DNA of 54,506 nucleotides. Source: Desulfobacterales bacterium. GTDB lineage: Bacteria > Desulfobacterota > Desulfobacteria > Desulfobacterales > C00003060. The DNA lies in assembly GCA_013375395.1 (NCBI GenBank), contig JABXJW010000003.1, forward strand, positions 1-54,506, read 5' to 3'. Under the pieces are notes generated by a model, which searched no databases, was not told the DNA's origin, and worked only from the letters and a program-made list of their open reading frames with translations. Positions 19,004 to 29,523 of the stretch are shown here, piece by piece. Positions within the stretch are counted from its first letter, which is position 1; each line of letters starts with the position of its first letter. The translations under genes were made by a program, and so were the position numbers.

Positions 19004-22000
19004 ATGTCACTAATGCAGATTCCGAAATGGCTCTCTAAGCGTCCAATTAGCCGCGATGATCCTCTCGAATTGAGGCAACTTTTTCCGGAGGACGGGTTAA
19101 ACTTTTTTTCAGATATCTCGATTGAAGCAGTGAAGGAATATTATCATCTTTACCCAGGCAACGTTTTTTATGGACTTATCAGAATCCTAGGATTTTGCGG
19201 TGTTCAATTTTATGAAAAACTGTCTGCCTATAGCGGCCCCCTCGAACCATATCCGGACGTTCTCTGTATTTCCCCTGAACATGGACAAGATCGGCTTTCT
19301 TGTATCCTGCATGATACAAATTGGACTCCGTTTTTTCGTGCCTGTGGCATTCGTACCTTAAAACAACTTCATGGTGTCCCGGTAGAAAGCTTTATTCGAA
19401 TGTCGAAACAGCCCCTTACTCCCGACCAAGTTGTTTCAATTTTACCTGCAACTATTACAACGGCACATGATGATTTTTTTGTTAAAACTCCAACAGTACC
19501 GACAATATTTAATATCACTGCAGAACCAGACAATCAGAGCCAGTTGGAAGAGAGTCAGCCTCTGGCGAAATACTGCCCTATTTTGGATGACGACAAGCGT
19601 CTGTCAGAACCTGTCGAAAGTCTGCAATTATCCGTTCGCTCCGTGAACTGTTTACATTCCAACAATATCCACTATATTGGTGAATTGCTCGCGAAGAGGG
19701 ATGAGGAATTAATCGCAATTCCTCACATAGGGAAAAAATCATTCCAAGAAATAAAAGACGGTCTTTTTGACATTGGCCTCTACACTGGGTTGAATGTTGA
19801 AATAATTATTGAAACCAGAGAGCCTTCTGATGATGAAAATGTTTCTTCGCGTTCAGTCGACACATTAAACCTTTCTGTCCGGTCAAGAAACTGTCTTAAG
19901 CAAGCCAATATACGTACTATTTCGGAGCTACAGACAAAAACCGACAAAGAACTGTTTGCCATTCGCAATTTTGGGAGACAATGCCTCAGAGAGATTCGAA
20001 CAAAAGTTAGGCATGTTGAGTCGGATCAAAACCAAAATGTGGTCCCGAGATTTATTCTAAAAGACGAAATCCGGAACGAAATTGACCTTAATTCGAAAGA
20101 GACACTCGCAAAGCTCTGCACAAAAATAAGTGATTTGGTCTTATCCACGCGCAGCAGAGGGTGTTTGAAGAAACAGAATATTGAGTTTATATGGCAGATA
20201 GTCCAACTAACTGAAAAGGAGTTACAGGAAGTTCGCAACCTAGGCCGCAAATCCATTAATGAGATAAAAGGGGTGATAGAAAATTTAGGATTATCCCTCT
20301 GTGTATGTTTTACGCCAGAACAGCTGAGTATCATCAATAGCTATAAACCGACGATCCCCAAGGTTGTTGCATTGGCTCACCGAATAAACAGGGTTGTCTT
20401 AGAGTTGAGTGTTTCACCTTTAACCTTTTTAAATGATCGGGAAAACATAGTTGTCAGCGAGCGACTGTTTAAGGAGGGCAGAAAAAAAACGCTAGAAGAA
20501 ATAGCTAAGCATATTTCGTTGACTCGGGAGAGGGTTCGTCAAATCGAATTGTCAGCTATATCAAAGATCAAACAGAAATACATAAAAAATCTAAGGATTG
20601 TTGTTTCCAATGTGAAGCAGCTCGTTGATAATGTTGGTGGGGTTACAAGTTTAGAAGAACTTGATGTTTACCTAACTGAATTGACAGCCCGTGAACAAAC
20701 TATAGTCGTTTGTTTGTTGCAAATAATGGACGAAGAGCTATTTATCGATTGGGAGTTCGGCCTTGTTTCTACAAATGGTGAGGAATTGATACTCTCTCTT
20801 TGCGATGTCATCCAGGAGGAAATCATCCAGACAGTGTCGGACAAATTTTTTACCGAGCATGATCTCGTCGAGACGGCTAGAAAAGTCATGCATAGGTTTG
20901 GCCTATCATCCAATCAGTGTGAAAAGAATCTAATCAATAGATTTTACCTAGAAAAAAAGGTTACGGTTTTTGAAAACCGTTTGTGTTGTGGAAGGATAAC
21001 CAAGCAAGACCAAATAGTTCAGGCGTTTAAAGAGTTCTTTCCTGATGGGTTGGAGGTGTACAAAAAACAAGATGTTTTAGTTCAGCGGTTAAAGGAATCT
21101 GATCCAAAAAGGTTTGGAAATGCTTCTCCAAGATCAATCCTTGGAAGATTAATAGACCACCCTGAGGTATTGTTATGGGGCCGTGGTTTTTTCATCCACA
21201 AAGATAATGTGTTCTATAAGGAGGATGTCGTTAAAAAGGTGGCAATCTGGATAGAACGCCGCTTCGACCAAGGTCACTCCCGATTTCAAATTGATATTCC
21301 CTTTAGTGCATTTCGGGATGAATTGCTACAAAGTGGCGTGCCTAATCAGTATGCCTTGTATACCCTGATCCGATTGCAGAACCACAAACGAATTGGCCAG
21401 AGGAGATTCCCTACCCTTGTCGACTTGGAGGCTGATGTCGATATCCAGGAAGGGGTTCTTCAAGAGTTAGAAAACTTTTTTCTTCAAGCTGGTGGGCCAA
21501 TCCCCCTCTCACAATTGAAAGAAGAATTTCTTGTTAAACGGGGGTGGAAGGATTATATGTTACAGCTAAACTTGACTGTCAATTCCGAGTTGATATACCC
21601 TTGGAAAAATCAATCCTATATCCATATTGAATATATTCCGGTCGATTATGCCAAACTTCAGGATGTTCTTGAGGCCCTGCGAGTAAAGCTTAACTCCATC
21701 CAGGGAGCCTACAGCCTGAAGGGCTCCAAAAAGGAAATGAATGTCCTTTGGGAACAGGCTTGCCCTTCTGCCTCGGTTCGAACGATGATCAAACTAATCC
21801 GTTCAGTGGACCCTGAAGATCTTCAAATAGAGCGGTATTTTGTCCAATTTGCTGATTCGTCGACAGAGTTTGTGTCTCCCGTTGCGGAGCTTGAGGAATT
21901 TTTTTTGAATAAAGGTGTGGAACTCAACACCTATGAATTGCATAAAGAATTTTGTACTCAAAGGGGGTGGTCGGAAAATCAATTATATGGAGCGATTCGC

Positions 22001-22522
22001 AAGGCACGATTATTCAGATCGGGCAAATCGACGTATCTGCATCCGGCGACAATCGGCTGGAATGAATCATTGTCCCAGGAAGTACACCAGGTTATGGAAG
22101 CCCATCTATCCGAGCGAAACAAAAATTGCTATCCTCACATGCAGATTGAAGAGCTTATTTATCAATATGCTTTGCCGGAATTGCCCCAAAATATTCAATG
22201 GACTCGTTATCTCATGAAAAGTGTTGGTGAAGAATTTGGAGATTTTCTCTTTCTTGACGATGCCTATGTCGCCGTTGATAACGATTTTGATATTGAAGAC
22301 CTTGATGACATGATCGGTTTTTTGATCGGTTGCCATTTTCGTCTGGGAATTGCAAAAAGAGTTGAACTCGAACAAATGTTATGGCGGGAAGGCATACTTG
22401 AAAGCGGCAGATCCATTCCAGCTGATCAGTATTTCGAAGAATCATCTATAGTGTTTTTAGAAGATAGTGATGAAGTTGGATTGAGCCCAATTGGGTACGA
22501 GAGGTATGGCCACTCAATATAG
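19004..22522 (+). CDS. Large protein with three RNA polymerase alpha-CTD repeats, a sigma70 region-4 HTH and a long uncharacterised C-terminus
   Basis: Three 'L.LS.RS..CL...NI..I..L......EL..I.N.G.KS..EIK' repeats; 'TLEEIAKHISLTRERVRQIE'; stop overlaps the start of the helicase gene. Confidence 0.85.
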   Translation: MSLMQIPKWLSKRPISRDDPLELRQLFPEDGLNFFSDISIEAVKEYYHLYPGNVFYGLIRILGFCGVQFYEKLSAYSGPLEPYPDVLCISPEHGQDRLSCILHDTNWTPFFRACGIRTLKQLHGVPVESFIRMSKQPLTPDQVVSILPATITTAHDDFFVKTPTVPTIFNITAEPDNQSQLEESQPLAKYCPILDDDKRLSEPVESLQLSVRSVNCLHSNNIHYIGELLAKRDEELIAIPHIGKKSFQEIKDGLFDIGLYTGLNVEIIIETREPSDDENVSSRSVDTLNLSVRSRNCLKQANIRTISELQTKTDKELFAIRNFGRQCLREIRTKVRHVESDQNQNVVPRFILKDEIRNEIDLNSKETLAKLCTKISDLVLSTRSRGCLKKQNIEFIWQIVQLTEKELQEVRNLGRKSINEIKGVIENLGLSLCVCFTPEQLSIINSYKPTIPKVVALAHRINRVVLELSVSPLTFLNDRENIVVSERLFKEGRKKTLEEIAKHISLTRERVRQIELSAISKIKQKYIKNLRIVVSNVKQLVDNVGGVTSLEELDVYLTELTAREQTIVVCLLQIMDEELFIDWEFGLVSTNGEELILSLCDVIQEEIIQTVSDKFFTEHDLVETARKVMHRFGLSSNQCEKNLINRFYLEKKVTVFENRLCCGRITKQDQIVQAFKEFFPDGLEVYKKQDVLVQRLKESDPKRFGNASPRSILGRLIDHPEVLLWGRGFFIHKDNVFYKEDVVKKVAIWIERRFDQGHSRFQIDIPFSAFRDELLQSGVPNQYALYTLIRLQNHKRIGQRRFPTLVDLEADVDIQEGVLQELENFFLQAGGPIPLSQLKEEFLVKRGWKDYMLQLNLTVNSELIYPWKNQSYIHIEYIPVDYAKLQDVLEALRVKLNSIQGAYSLKGSKKEMNVLWEQACPSASVRTMIKLIRSVDPEDLQIERYFVQFADSSTEFVSPVAELEEFFLNKGVELNTYELHKEFCTQRGWSENQLYGAIRKARLFRSGKSTYLHPATIGWNESLSQEVHQVMEAHLSERNKNCYPHMQIEELIYQYALPELPQNIQWTRYLMKSVGEEFGDFLFLDDAYVAVDNDFDIEDLDDMIGFLIGCHFRLGIAKRVELEQMLWREGILESGRSIPADQYFEESSIVFLEDSDEVGLSPIGYERYGHSI

Positions 22523-24653
22523 CCTGCAAGATGTACCGATTAAGAATACCTACTCTAGCCTAGAGACGGATTTGGTAGATGAACTGGTCGTTCCTCTGCT
22601 TCAGCGTGCCGTTCAGTACGACCGTGGGGTGGGATTCTTCACCTCCGGCTGGTTGAAGGAAGCAGCCAAGGGTTTGCTATCCTTTGTCAAACATAACGGA
22701 AAGGCACGCATTATAACTTCGCCGAATTTATCGGAACAGGATTGGCAAACTATCAAGGTAGCTGATGAACAAAGGCAGGGGCAAATGATCGTTGCAGGTT
22801 CTATTGAAAATGCCCTTTCTGATTTGAAGAAAAAATTGGAATATGACACCTTAGCTGCTTTAGCTTGGTTGATACGCGACGGAATCCTGGAATTTTGTTT
22901 TGCAATCCCACAAGGGAATCTAGCAGGAGGGATTTTCCACAGCAAGCTATCAATTTTCATTGACCCATATGGCAACGGTGTAGCATTGCACGGTTCACAA
23001 AACGATAGTGTGCAGGCATCGCTCAACGAAGAGAGTTATTCCGCTTTCTGTTCCTGGAATGAAGGGGTAAAATGGTTTGATGAACATTGCTATCGTTTCA
23101 ATCAAATCTGGAACAACCTTTTTCCGAAGTTACGCGTCCTGAAGGTCCCGGAGGTGGAAAAAGAAAAGCTTATCCGTTACACGAAAGAGTATCCTCGGCC
23201 ATATCCCGCACCATCCGTAGAAGGTGGCAGCACGGCTGCCTTGCCTCCTGTGCCATCATTGCATCCTGTAAAAACTCCGCGTGATTATCAAAAAAAAGCC
23301 ATTGCCAAGTGGGAAGAACAGGGACGGCGCGGTATTTTCGAAATGGCGACCGGTACGGGCAAGACCATTACCGCTATCTTGGCGGCAGTCAATGTCTTCC
23401 AGCAAGAAGGCAGTTTGGCTCTTGTGGTCCTGGTGCCATACAAGCATTTGGTTGATCAATGGATTGAGGAGTTGCGGGGATTCGGTTTTCTGCCAATTCC
23501 TTGTTACGAGAGCATCAATACGTGGAAAAAGGTTGCTGCCAACAGTATCCGCGAGGTTAATGCCAGGCTGGTTAGTAATCTGTGCTTGGTGAGTACGCAC
23601 CAGACGGCATCCATGGAGCCCTTCCGGAAAATGATCTCAAGGCTCCACTCCCCTTTTTTGCTGCTTGGGGATGAGATACATGAATTGGGAGCGGCTCATT
23701 ACAGAAAAGCTCTGTCTGAGCACGCCCCTTGGCGAATTGGTCTGTCAGCCACCCCTGACCGGTGGTATGACGAGGAGGGCACTTCGTTTTTGCGTACATA
23801 TTTCGGCGAGACCGTTATCAAGTATGAACTCGATCAGGCAATCAAGGATAAAGCCTTGACCCCTTATCAATATTATCTGGAAAAAATTGATTTTAATACA
23901 GAGGAGATTGCCGAGTATTTGCGTCTTTCTAAGTTGATTGCACAACTCAGTACGGATGCAGAAAAAAACCAGACCAGGCTGGAAGATTTGCTGAGGAGAC
24001 GGGCTGATTTGATCGGCAAGGCGGCCAATAAAATTCCGCGCCTGTTGGCCATAGTGCAAGCACATCGTAAAGCGTGTGAGGTGGAAGGGGAAAAATACCA
24101 ACACATTTTAGTTTATTGCAATAAAGGGACCCACCGCGAGGTGTTGACAGCCATGGCCGGATTGGGCCTGCGCATGCATGAGTTTGTTCATGATGTTCCA
24201 CTGGTCGAACGACGAAAGATTCTCGATGCCTTCAGTAAAGGAGAAATCGACGGCCTAGTTGCCATTCGCTGTTTAGATCAAGGAGTGGATGTGCCGGCAA
24301 CCCGCAGGGCCTATATTCTCGCCAGCTCCACCAACCCAAGAGAATTTGTACAAAGGCGTGGCCGAATATTACGAAAAGCCGAGGGAAAACAATTTGCGCA
24401 AATATACGATTTTCTGGTAGGACCTTGGAATACAACTGAGGTGTTGAGCAACGAATCAGCACGAGGGTTGCTTTTACGCGAGCTACCGCGGTTCGCTGAG
24501 GTTTCCTTGGATGCCATAAATTCCCAGGAGGCCAGAAACGCCATTTGGTATACGGTTATGGATTTAGACCTTGTCGCCTATTTGCGAAAAAGACCTTGGG
24601 AAGTGTATCAGGAAATGCAGCAAAGAAAACTGGATCAGAATTATGAGAGATAA
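22506..24653 (+). CDS. pbeA: PLD-like nuclease + SF2 DEAH helicase (PbeA-like, dnd-associated)
   Basis: 'FHSKLSIF...GSQNDS' HxK motif; 'EMATGTGKT', 'DEIH', 'GLSATP', 'CLDQGVDVP', 'QRRGRILR'; next to a dnd cluster. Confidence 0.75.
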   Translation: MATQYSLQDVPIKNTYSSLETDLVDELVVPLLQRAVQYDRGVGFFTSGWLKEAAKGLLSFVKHNGKARIITSPNLSEQDWQTIKVADEQRQGQMIVAGSIENALSDLKKKLEYDTLAALAWLIRDGILEFCFAIPQGNLAGGIFHSKLSIFIDPYGNGVALHGSQNDSVQASLNEESYSAFCSWNEGVKWFDEHCYRFNQIWNNLFPKLRVLKVPEVEKEKLIRYTKEYPRPYPAPSVEGGSTAALPPVPSLHPVKTPRDYQKKAIAKWEEQGRRGIFEMATGTGKTITAILAAVNVFQQEGSLALVVLVPYKHLVDQWIEELRGFGFLPIPCYESINTWKKVAANSIREVNARLVSNLCLVSTHQTASMEPFRKMISRLHSPFLLLGDEIHELGAAHYRKALSEHAPWRIGLSATPDRWYDEEGTSFLRTYFGETVIKYELDQAIKDKALTPYQYYLEKIDFNTEEIAEYLRLSKLIAQLSTDAEKNQTRLEDLLRRRADLIGKAANKIPRLLAIVQAHRKACEVEGEKYQHILVYCNKGTHREVLTAMAGLGLRMHEFVHDVPLVERRKILDAFSKGEIDGLVAIRCLDQGVDVPATRRAYILASSTNPREFVQRRGRILRKAEGKQFAQIYDFLVGPWNTTEVLSNESARGLLLRELPRFAEVSLDAINSQEARNAIWYTVMDLDLVAYLRKRPWEVYQEMQQRKLDQNYER

Positions 24654-24843
24654 AGTAACCATCGAGTCGATTCTAGGCCAAATCAACGATCCGGCAGTAA
24701 GGATCATTGCGGAGCATTCCCTAAGAGTTGCCAGGAAGGCTCTTAATATGAGTGAATATTCCCGCAAGCGGTTTGTTGTTGAAGAAATAGACAAGATTAT
24801 GCCGAGGGCACTAAAGGTCAGAGCAAACCATGATACTACATAA
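24643..24843 (+). CDS. pbeB: Small protein between helicase and ATPase (PbeB position)
   Basis: 66 aa, overlaps both neighbours; assigned by synteny only. Confidence 0.5.
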   Translation: MRDKVTIESILGQINDPAVRIIAEHSLRVARKALNMSEYSRKRFVVEEIDKIMPRALKVRANHDTT

Positions 24844-26866
24844 CATTGAACTGGTTGATTTCCGGCAATTTAAAGGCCGCCAGGCGATCGATTGCGCGAC
24901 CGGTTCTCCCCATAACGTTTCAGTTATATATGGCGAAAACGGCAGAGGAAAGACCGGCATTTTTCGGGCTCTGATGTTCTGCCTTTATGGTGACCGAAGC
25001 CTTTCCCAGGATGAACTCTCCGGCGAACAAAAGAAAGAAGGGCTGAGCCTGATCAACGAGGTAACGCTTAAAGAAAACATTGGGAGTCAGGTTGAGGCAC
25101 AGGTCGCAATTTCTTTTTCTCACCAACGAAAGAATTTTCGAATCGTCCGCCGAGTCGACGGCTTAATGAAAACAGACGGGACAATTATTCAGAATCCCGG
25201 AGGCCGGGTCGAATTACAACAAACCGACGAAAATGGCAATACTCAGCCAGTTGAGACCGACTTGGAAAAAATAACGGGCCAAATTCAGGAAATTCTTAAT
25301 TCGCGGCTGCGAGACTATTTCCTGTTTGATGGAGAACGCATCGAACGTCTAACTCGCAACACCAGGGAACGGCGGGAAGAAGTTCGCCGGGGCATCAGGG
25401 CACTTTTGGACCTGGATGCCTTGGAATTGGCCAATGCGGGGCTGAAGAGTTTGATATCACAGATCGAAAAAGAGATCGGCCATAAATCCACCGGCGAACT
25501 GCAACGAGTTTACACCCATATCGATGCATTAAACACAAAAATTGATGACCTGGAAAATGCCCAGGAGCTTGGTACCCAGGAATTAAAACGGCTGGAACAT
25601 AAGATCTACGAAATTTCCGAAATGGTTAGTGAAAACGAGGACACCGCTGCAAAAGAGCGAAAACGACAGGAGTTAATAAAAAACAGTCAAGACTTAAAGG
25701 TGGAAAAGGATGCACTAAAGAAAGAAATGGTCGGCTACCTGAACAAGAGCGCCCAATTGGTCGCTTCCCAACTGATCGAACAGCTCCGGGAAGAGTTGGA
25801 GTTCCGGCGACACAAGGGTGAGCTACCGCCGAGTATTCGCAAGGAATTTGTAGAGAAACTACTGGAACAGGAACGATGCATCTGCGGGACCTCTTTAGGG
25901 CACGACCATCAGCAGGAGCGGGAATGTCTACAGGAATTCCTTGTAAAGCACTACACCCCTGGGCTTGGCAGCGAGAGTCTGGACCTTCTTTTATCTTTAA
26001 ACAGACTTTCCAGTGCCAACGAAGGATTAGCAAACCAGTTCAATCGATTATTGGTTAAAAATAAAAAGCTGAGAGATGAGATAGCTGACCTGGAATCCAA
26101 GATCAAGTTATTAAGCGATGAACTTAAAGAAGGGGGAACCAGCGTTGATGATTTGATTCAGGAAAGAAGCCGGTTGGAAGATGATAAACGGACACTCGAA
26201 AGAGAAATGGATCGTCAAGCTGATGAAATTGCCCGGGCTCAAGACGATAGGGAAGATTGGTTAAAGAGGACCAATGTTCTGGAAAAACAGCAAAGCCAGG
26301 TAGACAGCCTGGTCGCCAGGCGCGATCTTACCAAGGAAACTCTGGCAGAACTGAAAGCAATTTACGATCGATTCGCCAATGAGGCCAAAGAAAGACTGGC
26401 AGAAAAATCCACCGAAATCTTCACCAGGCTGGCGGATGAGGGAACCCAAAAAGATATCAAGAAAATCAGCATCGACGAAAGTTATATGCTGGATGTTTTG
26501 AACTGGACCGGCCAGCGACGACTCGGCGAGATCTCCGCCGGCCAGCGCCAGATTGTCTCCCTGTCGTTTATCATGGCCCTCATCCAGGTCGCTGGGAATT
26601 TGGAGGTTGCTTTATTCATGGATACTCCCTTTGGCCGGCTGTCGGGTGTGCATCGGGACCATCTGCTAGACACTATCCCTAAGATGGCATCGCAATGGAT
26701 TCTTTTGGCCACGGATACGGAATTTACCGAGGTTGAGGCCAACGCTCTGAGACAGACCAACGCATGGGGAAAGATTTATGAACTGGTTAAGGAGGGGGAA
26801 GGAATCACTCAGATAGTTGAACGTGAGGTTCATCAATTTACCCCCAAGCGTAAATCAATTTTTTGA
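24830..26866 (+). CDS. pbeC: SMC/Rad50-like ABC ATPase with CxC hinge (PbeC-like, DndD paralogue)
   Basis: 'YGENGRGKT', 'YFLFDGERI', coiled coil with 'CICG', 'ISAGQRQ', 'FMDTPFGRL', 'ATDTE'. Confidence 0.75.
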   Translation: MILHNIELVDFRQFKGRQAIDCATGSPHNVSVIYGENGRGKTGIFRALMFCLYGDRSLSQDELSGEQKKEGLSLINEVTLKENIGSQVEAQVAISFSHQRKNFRIVRRVDGLMKTDGTIIQNPGGRVELQQTDENGNTQPVETDLEKITGQIQEILNSRLRDYFLFDGERIERLTRNTRERREEVRRGIRALLDLDALELANAGLKSLISQIEKEIGHKSTGELQRVYTHIDALNTKIDDLENAQELGTQELKRLEHKIYEISEMVSENEDTAAKERKRQELIKNSQDLKVEKDALKKEMVGYLNKSAQLVASQLIEQLREELEFRRHKGELPPSIRKEFVEKLLEQERCICGTSLGHDHQQERECLQEFLVKHYTPGLGSESLDLLLSLNRLSSANEGLANQFNRLLVKNKKLRDEIADLESKIKLLSDELKEGGTSVDDLIQERSRLEDDKRTLEREMDRQADEIARAQDDREDWLKRTNVLEKQQSQVDSLVARRDLTKETLAELKAIYDRFANEAKERLAEKSTEIFTRLADEGTQKDIKKISIDESYMLDVLNWTGQRRLGEISAGQRQIVSLSFIMALIQVAGNLEVALFMDTPFGRLSGVHRDHLLDTIPKMASQWILLATDTEFTEVEANALRQTNAWGKIYELVKEGEGITQIVEREVHQFTPKRKSIF

Positions 26867-26893
26867 TGCGTTGATTTTTCGAGGTTTTTGGTT

Positions 26894-27346
26894 ATGCAGG
26901 AAACATCCGACAACCCAATGGCCCATATCAGCAAGAGATGGGAGTCCATCTATGATGTACTCTGCCGTGGTGATAGCATATTTGACCAGATGACAAATCT
27001 CTTCACGCTCTGTGCCGCAATAGGTCATTTGAATGGCGAGGAAAAACAGCCGGAAAATAAAAAGGGTATTTTTAGATGGACAAATCTTAACTCAGAGATT
27101 GGTGTGTCCATCCTAACGGCCATTGCCTGGGATGCCAGAGATAGAGAGCTTGCAATTTTAACAGATAAAAGAAGAATTATGGATATCGCCTGTGATTTTG
27201 CCGAGGGTGGTATGCAGTACCTGTATGATAACTTCTTCGAGGATCATATGCAGGATGGCCAACTCCTCAGGCCGGAAAAACTGGATGTCGAATTCAACTT
27301 GGCACAGATTGTTGAAGGATTGAGACAGAAGCAGAGTATGTTTTGA
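26894..27346 (+). CDS. pbeD: Small DndE-like protein (PbeD position)
   Basis: 'LFTLCAAIG' and 'FAEGGMQYL' resemble dnd-associated small proteins; follows the ATPase. Confidence 0.55.
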   Translation: MQETSDNPMAHISKRWESIYDVLCRGDSIFDQMTNLFTLCAAIGHLNGEEKQPENKKGIFRWTNLNSEIGVSILTAIAWDARDRELAILTDKRRIMDIACDFAEGGMQYLYDNFFEDHMQDGQLLRPEKLDVEFNLAQIVEGLRQKQSMF

Positions 27347-27370
27347 TTTTTTTCATTTGAAAAATATTAT

Positions 27371-28168
27371 ATGAAAGGTATAGACGAACATTGCTCCAAT
27401 CTAAGTAAGCTTGTCTCAGGGTATGAGCCAGAAATAGAATGGTTACGCCAGTCTGAATGGCTTAGTATTGCGTCAGGAATAAAAAGTGTTGAATTTGATA
27501 TAGTTCGCTATGACTCATGCTTTGGGTGGTGCCACAATGCCGACTATTGGCATATCGCACGAGAGAAGCTTCTTGAAAGCTATATTACTGAACTTACGCG
27601 TTTCACATACGTTTGGGGGGCGCTTGAATCTTTAATTAATGACTTACACCTTCCGCCAGGTCCGGAAAAAGGGAAAATCAACTCTATCTGTGGTTATTTG
27701 AAAAATAAACTTTCGTCATACGACATCATTTATCCTTACCCAGATCTTGTAGAGGATTTGAAACACATTTTAAATGATAACAGCGTCAATGAACCAAAGA
27801 TACAGGCGCGTTTTGCTGCCAACTATTTATCATCACATGGTATAGGTGTTTATGTAATATACAGCTTAAGAAATTTATTTGTTCATGGAGTAATTGGTTT
27901 TCCTGAGCCAAATGAAGAAAATAAGCCTGAAAGTGCATACCCTAAGATAGTGAACATGTCTACCAGAATTGTCCTTTTGACTCTACAGATGATTTGGTTG
28001 GCTTATTACAAAGGTACAGGGATTTGCAGTACTCTGCATTGGGAGCCTGACGTTTGCGAAGATAAATACTATCTTGAAGAAATTTTACATAAAATTCACT
28101 TGAAAGATTATGCGGTTCAAAGAGATATCGCTAAACGCCAGCTAAATATACAATGGGGAAATCCCTAA
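27371..28168 (+). CDS. Hypothetical protein with HEPN-like RxxxxH motif
   Basis: 'FTYVWGALESL' and 'IYSLRNLFVHG'. Confidence 0.6.
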   Translation: MKGIDEHCSNLSKLVSGYEPEIEWLRQSEWLSIASGIKSVEFDIVRYDSCFGWCHNADYWHIAREKLLESYITELTRFTYVWGALESLINDLHLPPGPEKGKINSICGYLKNKLSSYDIIYPYPDLVEDLKHILNDNSVNEPKIQARFAANYLSSHGIGVYVIYSLRNLFVHGVIGFPEPNEENKPESAYPKIVNMSTRIVLLTLQMIWLAYYKGTGICSTLHWEPDVCEDKYYLEEILHKIHLKDYAVQRDIAKRQLNIQWGNP

Positions 28169-28185
28169 TATGTGAGGAGTTATGT

Positions 28186-29523
28186 ATGTCTGTAATAGAT
28201 GAATCTTTTACCATCAAAGCATCTCCCACGAAAGAACTTTTTATCTATATGATGACCCGGGATATACCCCTAATCCGTGCAATACTTGACTTGGTTGACA
28301 ATTCCGTCGATGGCGCGACTCGCTTACAGCCTGGTGGTGATTATTCAACATTTTGGGTCCGTATCGAATGTACGGAAGAACACTTTGCCATATCTGATAA
28401 TTGTGGAGGAATACCCATTTCAACCGCTCGTGATTATGCTTTCCGTTTCGGCAGACCAAAAGATATGGAATTAACCCCTGGTTCAATCGGTAAGTTTGGG
28501 GTCGGAATGAAGAGGTCATTCTTTAAACTTGGCAATAAATTTACAGTAAAATCCACGACCTCTACATCCAAATTTGTGGTTGAACACTATGTGAGAGAAT
28601 GGCTAGAAAAGCCGGAAGATTGGCATTTTAAGTTTAAAGTAAAAAATGAATCTCTAAAAAATGTACCTGAGCAAAAAATAGGTACACAAATTTTGATTGA
28701 GGAACTCTTCGAAAGTGTATCAAAAAGTTTTGGGCTTGGAAATTTCAGAAAAGAACTTTGTGACGAAATAGAAACAGCCCATGCAGTAGTTATGGCAAAG
28801 GGACTCGCAATTTCCTTTAACGGTCGTCCTCTTGGGAAAAGGACACTGTCTTTGTATAAATCAGACCAATTAAAACCGGCGTTTATCGAGAAGCGGTATG
28901 AGAATATTGGGCCAGCAGTTGTCAAAGTGCAAATTTACGCTGGAATTTCGGATCGAGATTTTGAAAAAGGTGGTTGGTATATTTTCTGTAATGGGAGGAT
29001 GGTATTAGAGGCCGACCAGACGGATATCACAACGTGGGGTGGTAGCAATACGACACCAAAATATCACCCTGACTTTGCTTTTTTTCGAGGCTATGTTTTT
29101 TTTGACTCGGAGGATGCAGAACTCCTTCCATGGACAACAACGAAAACTGGCATTGATAGTGATTCAGGGCTATATAAAAATGTAAAATTGGAAATGATTA
29201 CATTGATGCGTCCCGTGCTCGATTTCTTAAGAAAACTTGCAAAAGAAAGAGCCGATGTTGAAAAAGGAGATATAGACAAAAGTCTTTTAGAGGAATCAGT
29301 AAAGAAAGCAGAATCGACCAACTATTTAGACTTAAAGGATAAAGGTGCTTTTATTACTCCTAAATTTGATCCAATACCAAGGGGACCACGAACTGGTCGC
29401 ATCCAATACAATAAACCAGTAGATGATATAAAAAAATTGAAAAAAATACTTGGAGTTACAACCTATACGGCGGTTGGGGAAAAAACATTTGATTATTTCA
29501 TGAGAATGGAATGTGAAGAATGA
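28186..29523 (+). CDS. MORC/GHKL-family ATPase
   Basis: 'AILDLVDNSVD', 'ISDNCGGI', 'IGKFGVGMKRS', 'GTQI'; S5-like 'GWYIFCNGRMV', 'LPWTTTK'. Confidence 0.88.
   Translation: MSVIDESFTIKASPTKELFIYMMTRDIPLIRAILDLVDNSVDGATRLQPGGDYSTFWVRIECTEEHFAISDNCGGIPISTARDYAFRFGRPKDMELTPGSIGKFGVGMKRSFFKLGNKFTVKSTTSTSKFVVEHYVREWLEKPEDWHFKFKVKNESLKNVPEQKIGTQILIEELFESVSKSFGLGNFRKELCDEIETAHAVVMAKGLAISFNGRPLGKRTLSLYKSDQLKPAFIEKRYENIGPAVVKVQIYAGISDRDFEKGGWYIFCNGRMVLEADQTDITTWGGSNTTPKYHPDFAFFRGYVFFDSEDAELLPWTTTKTGIDSDSGLYKNVKLEMITLMRPVLDFLRKLAKERADVEKGDIDKSLLEESVKKAESTNYLDLKDKGAFITPKFDPIPRGPRTGRIQYNKPVDDIKKLKKILGVTTYTAVGEKTFDYFMRMECEE

Noticed and set aside
19004-22522. Genuine rpoA or sigma factor
   Set aside because: No alpha N-terminal domain and no sigma region 2; only isolated DNA-binding modules in a much larger protein
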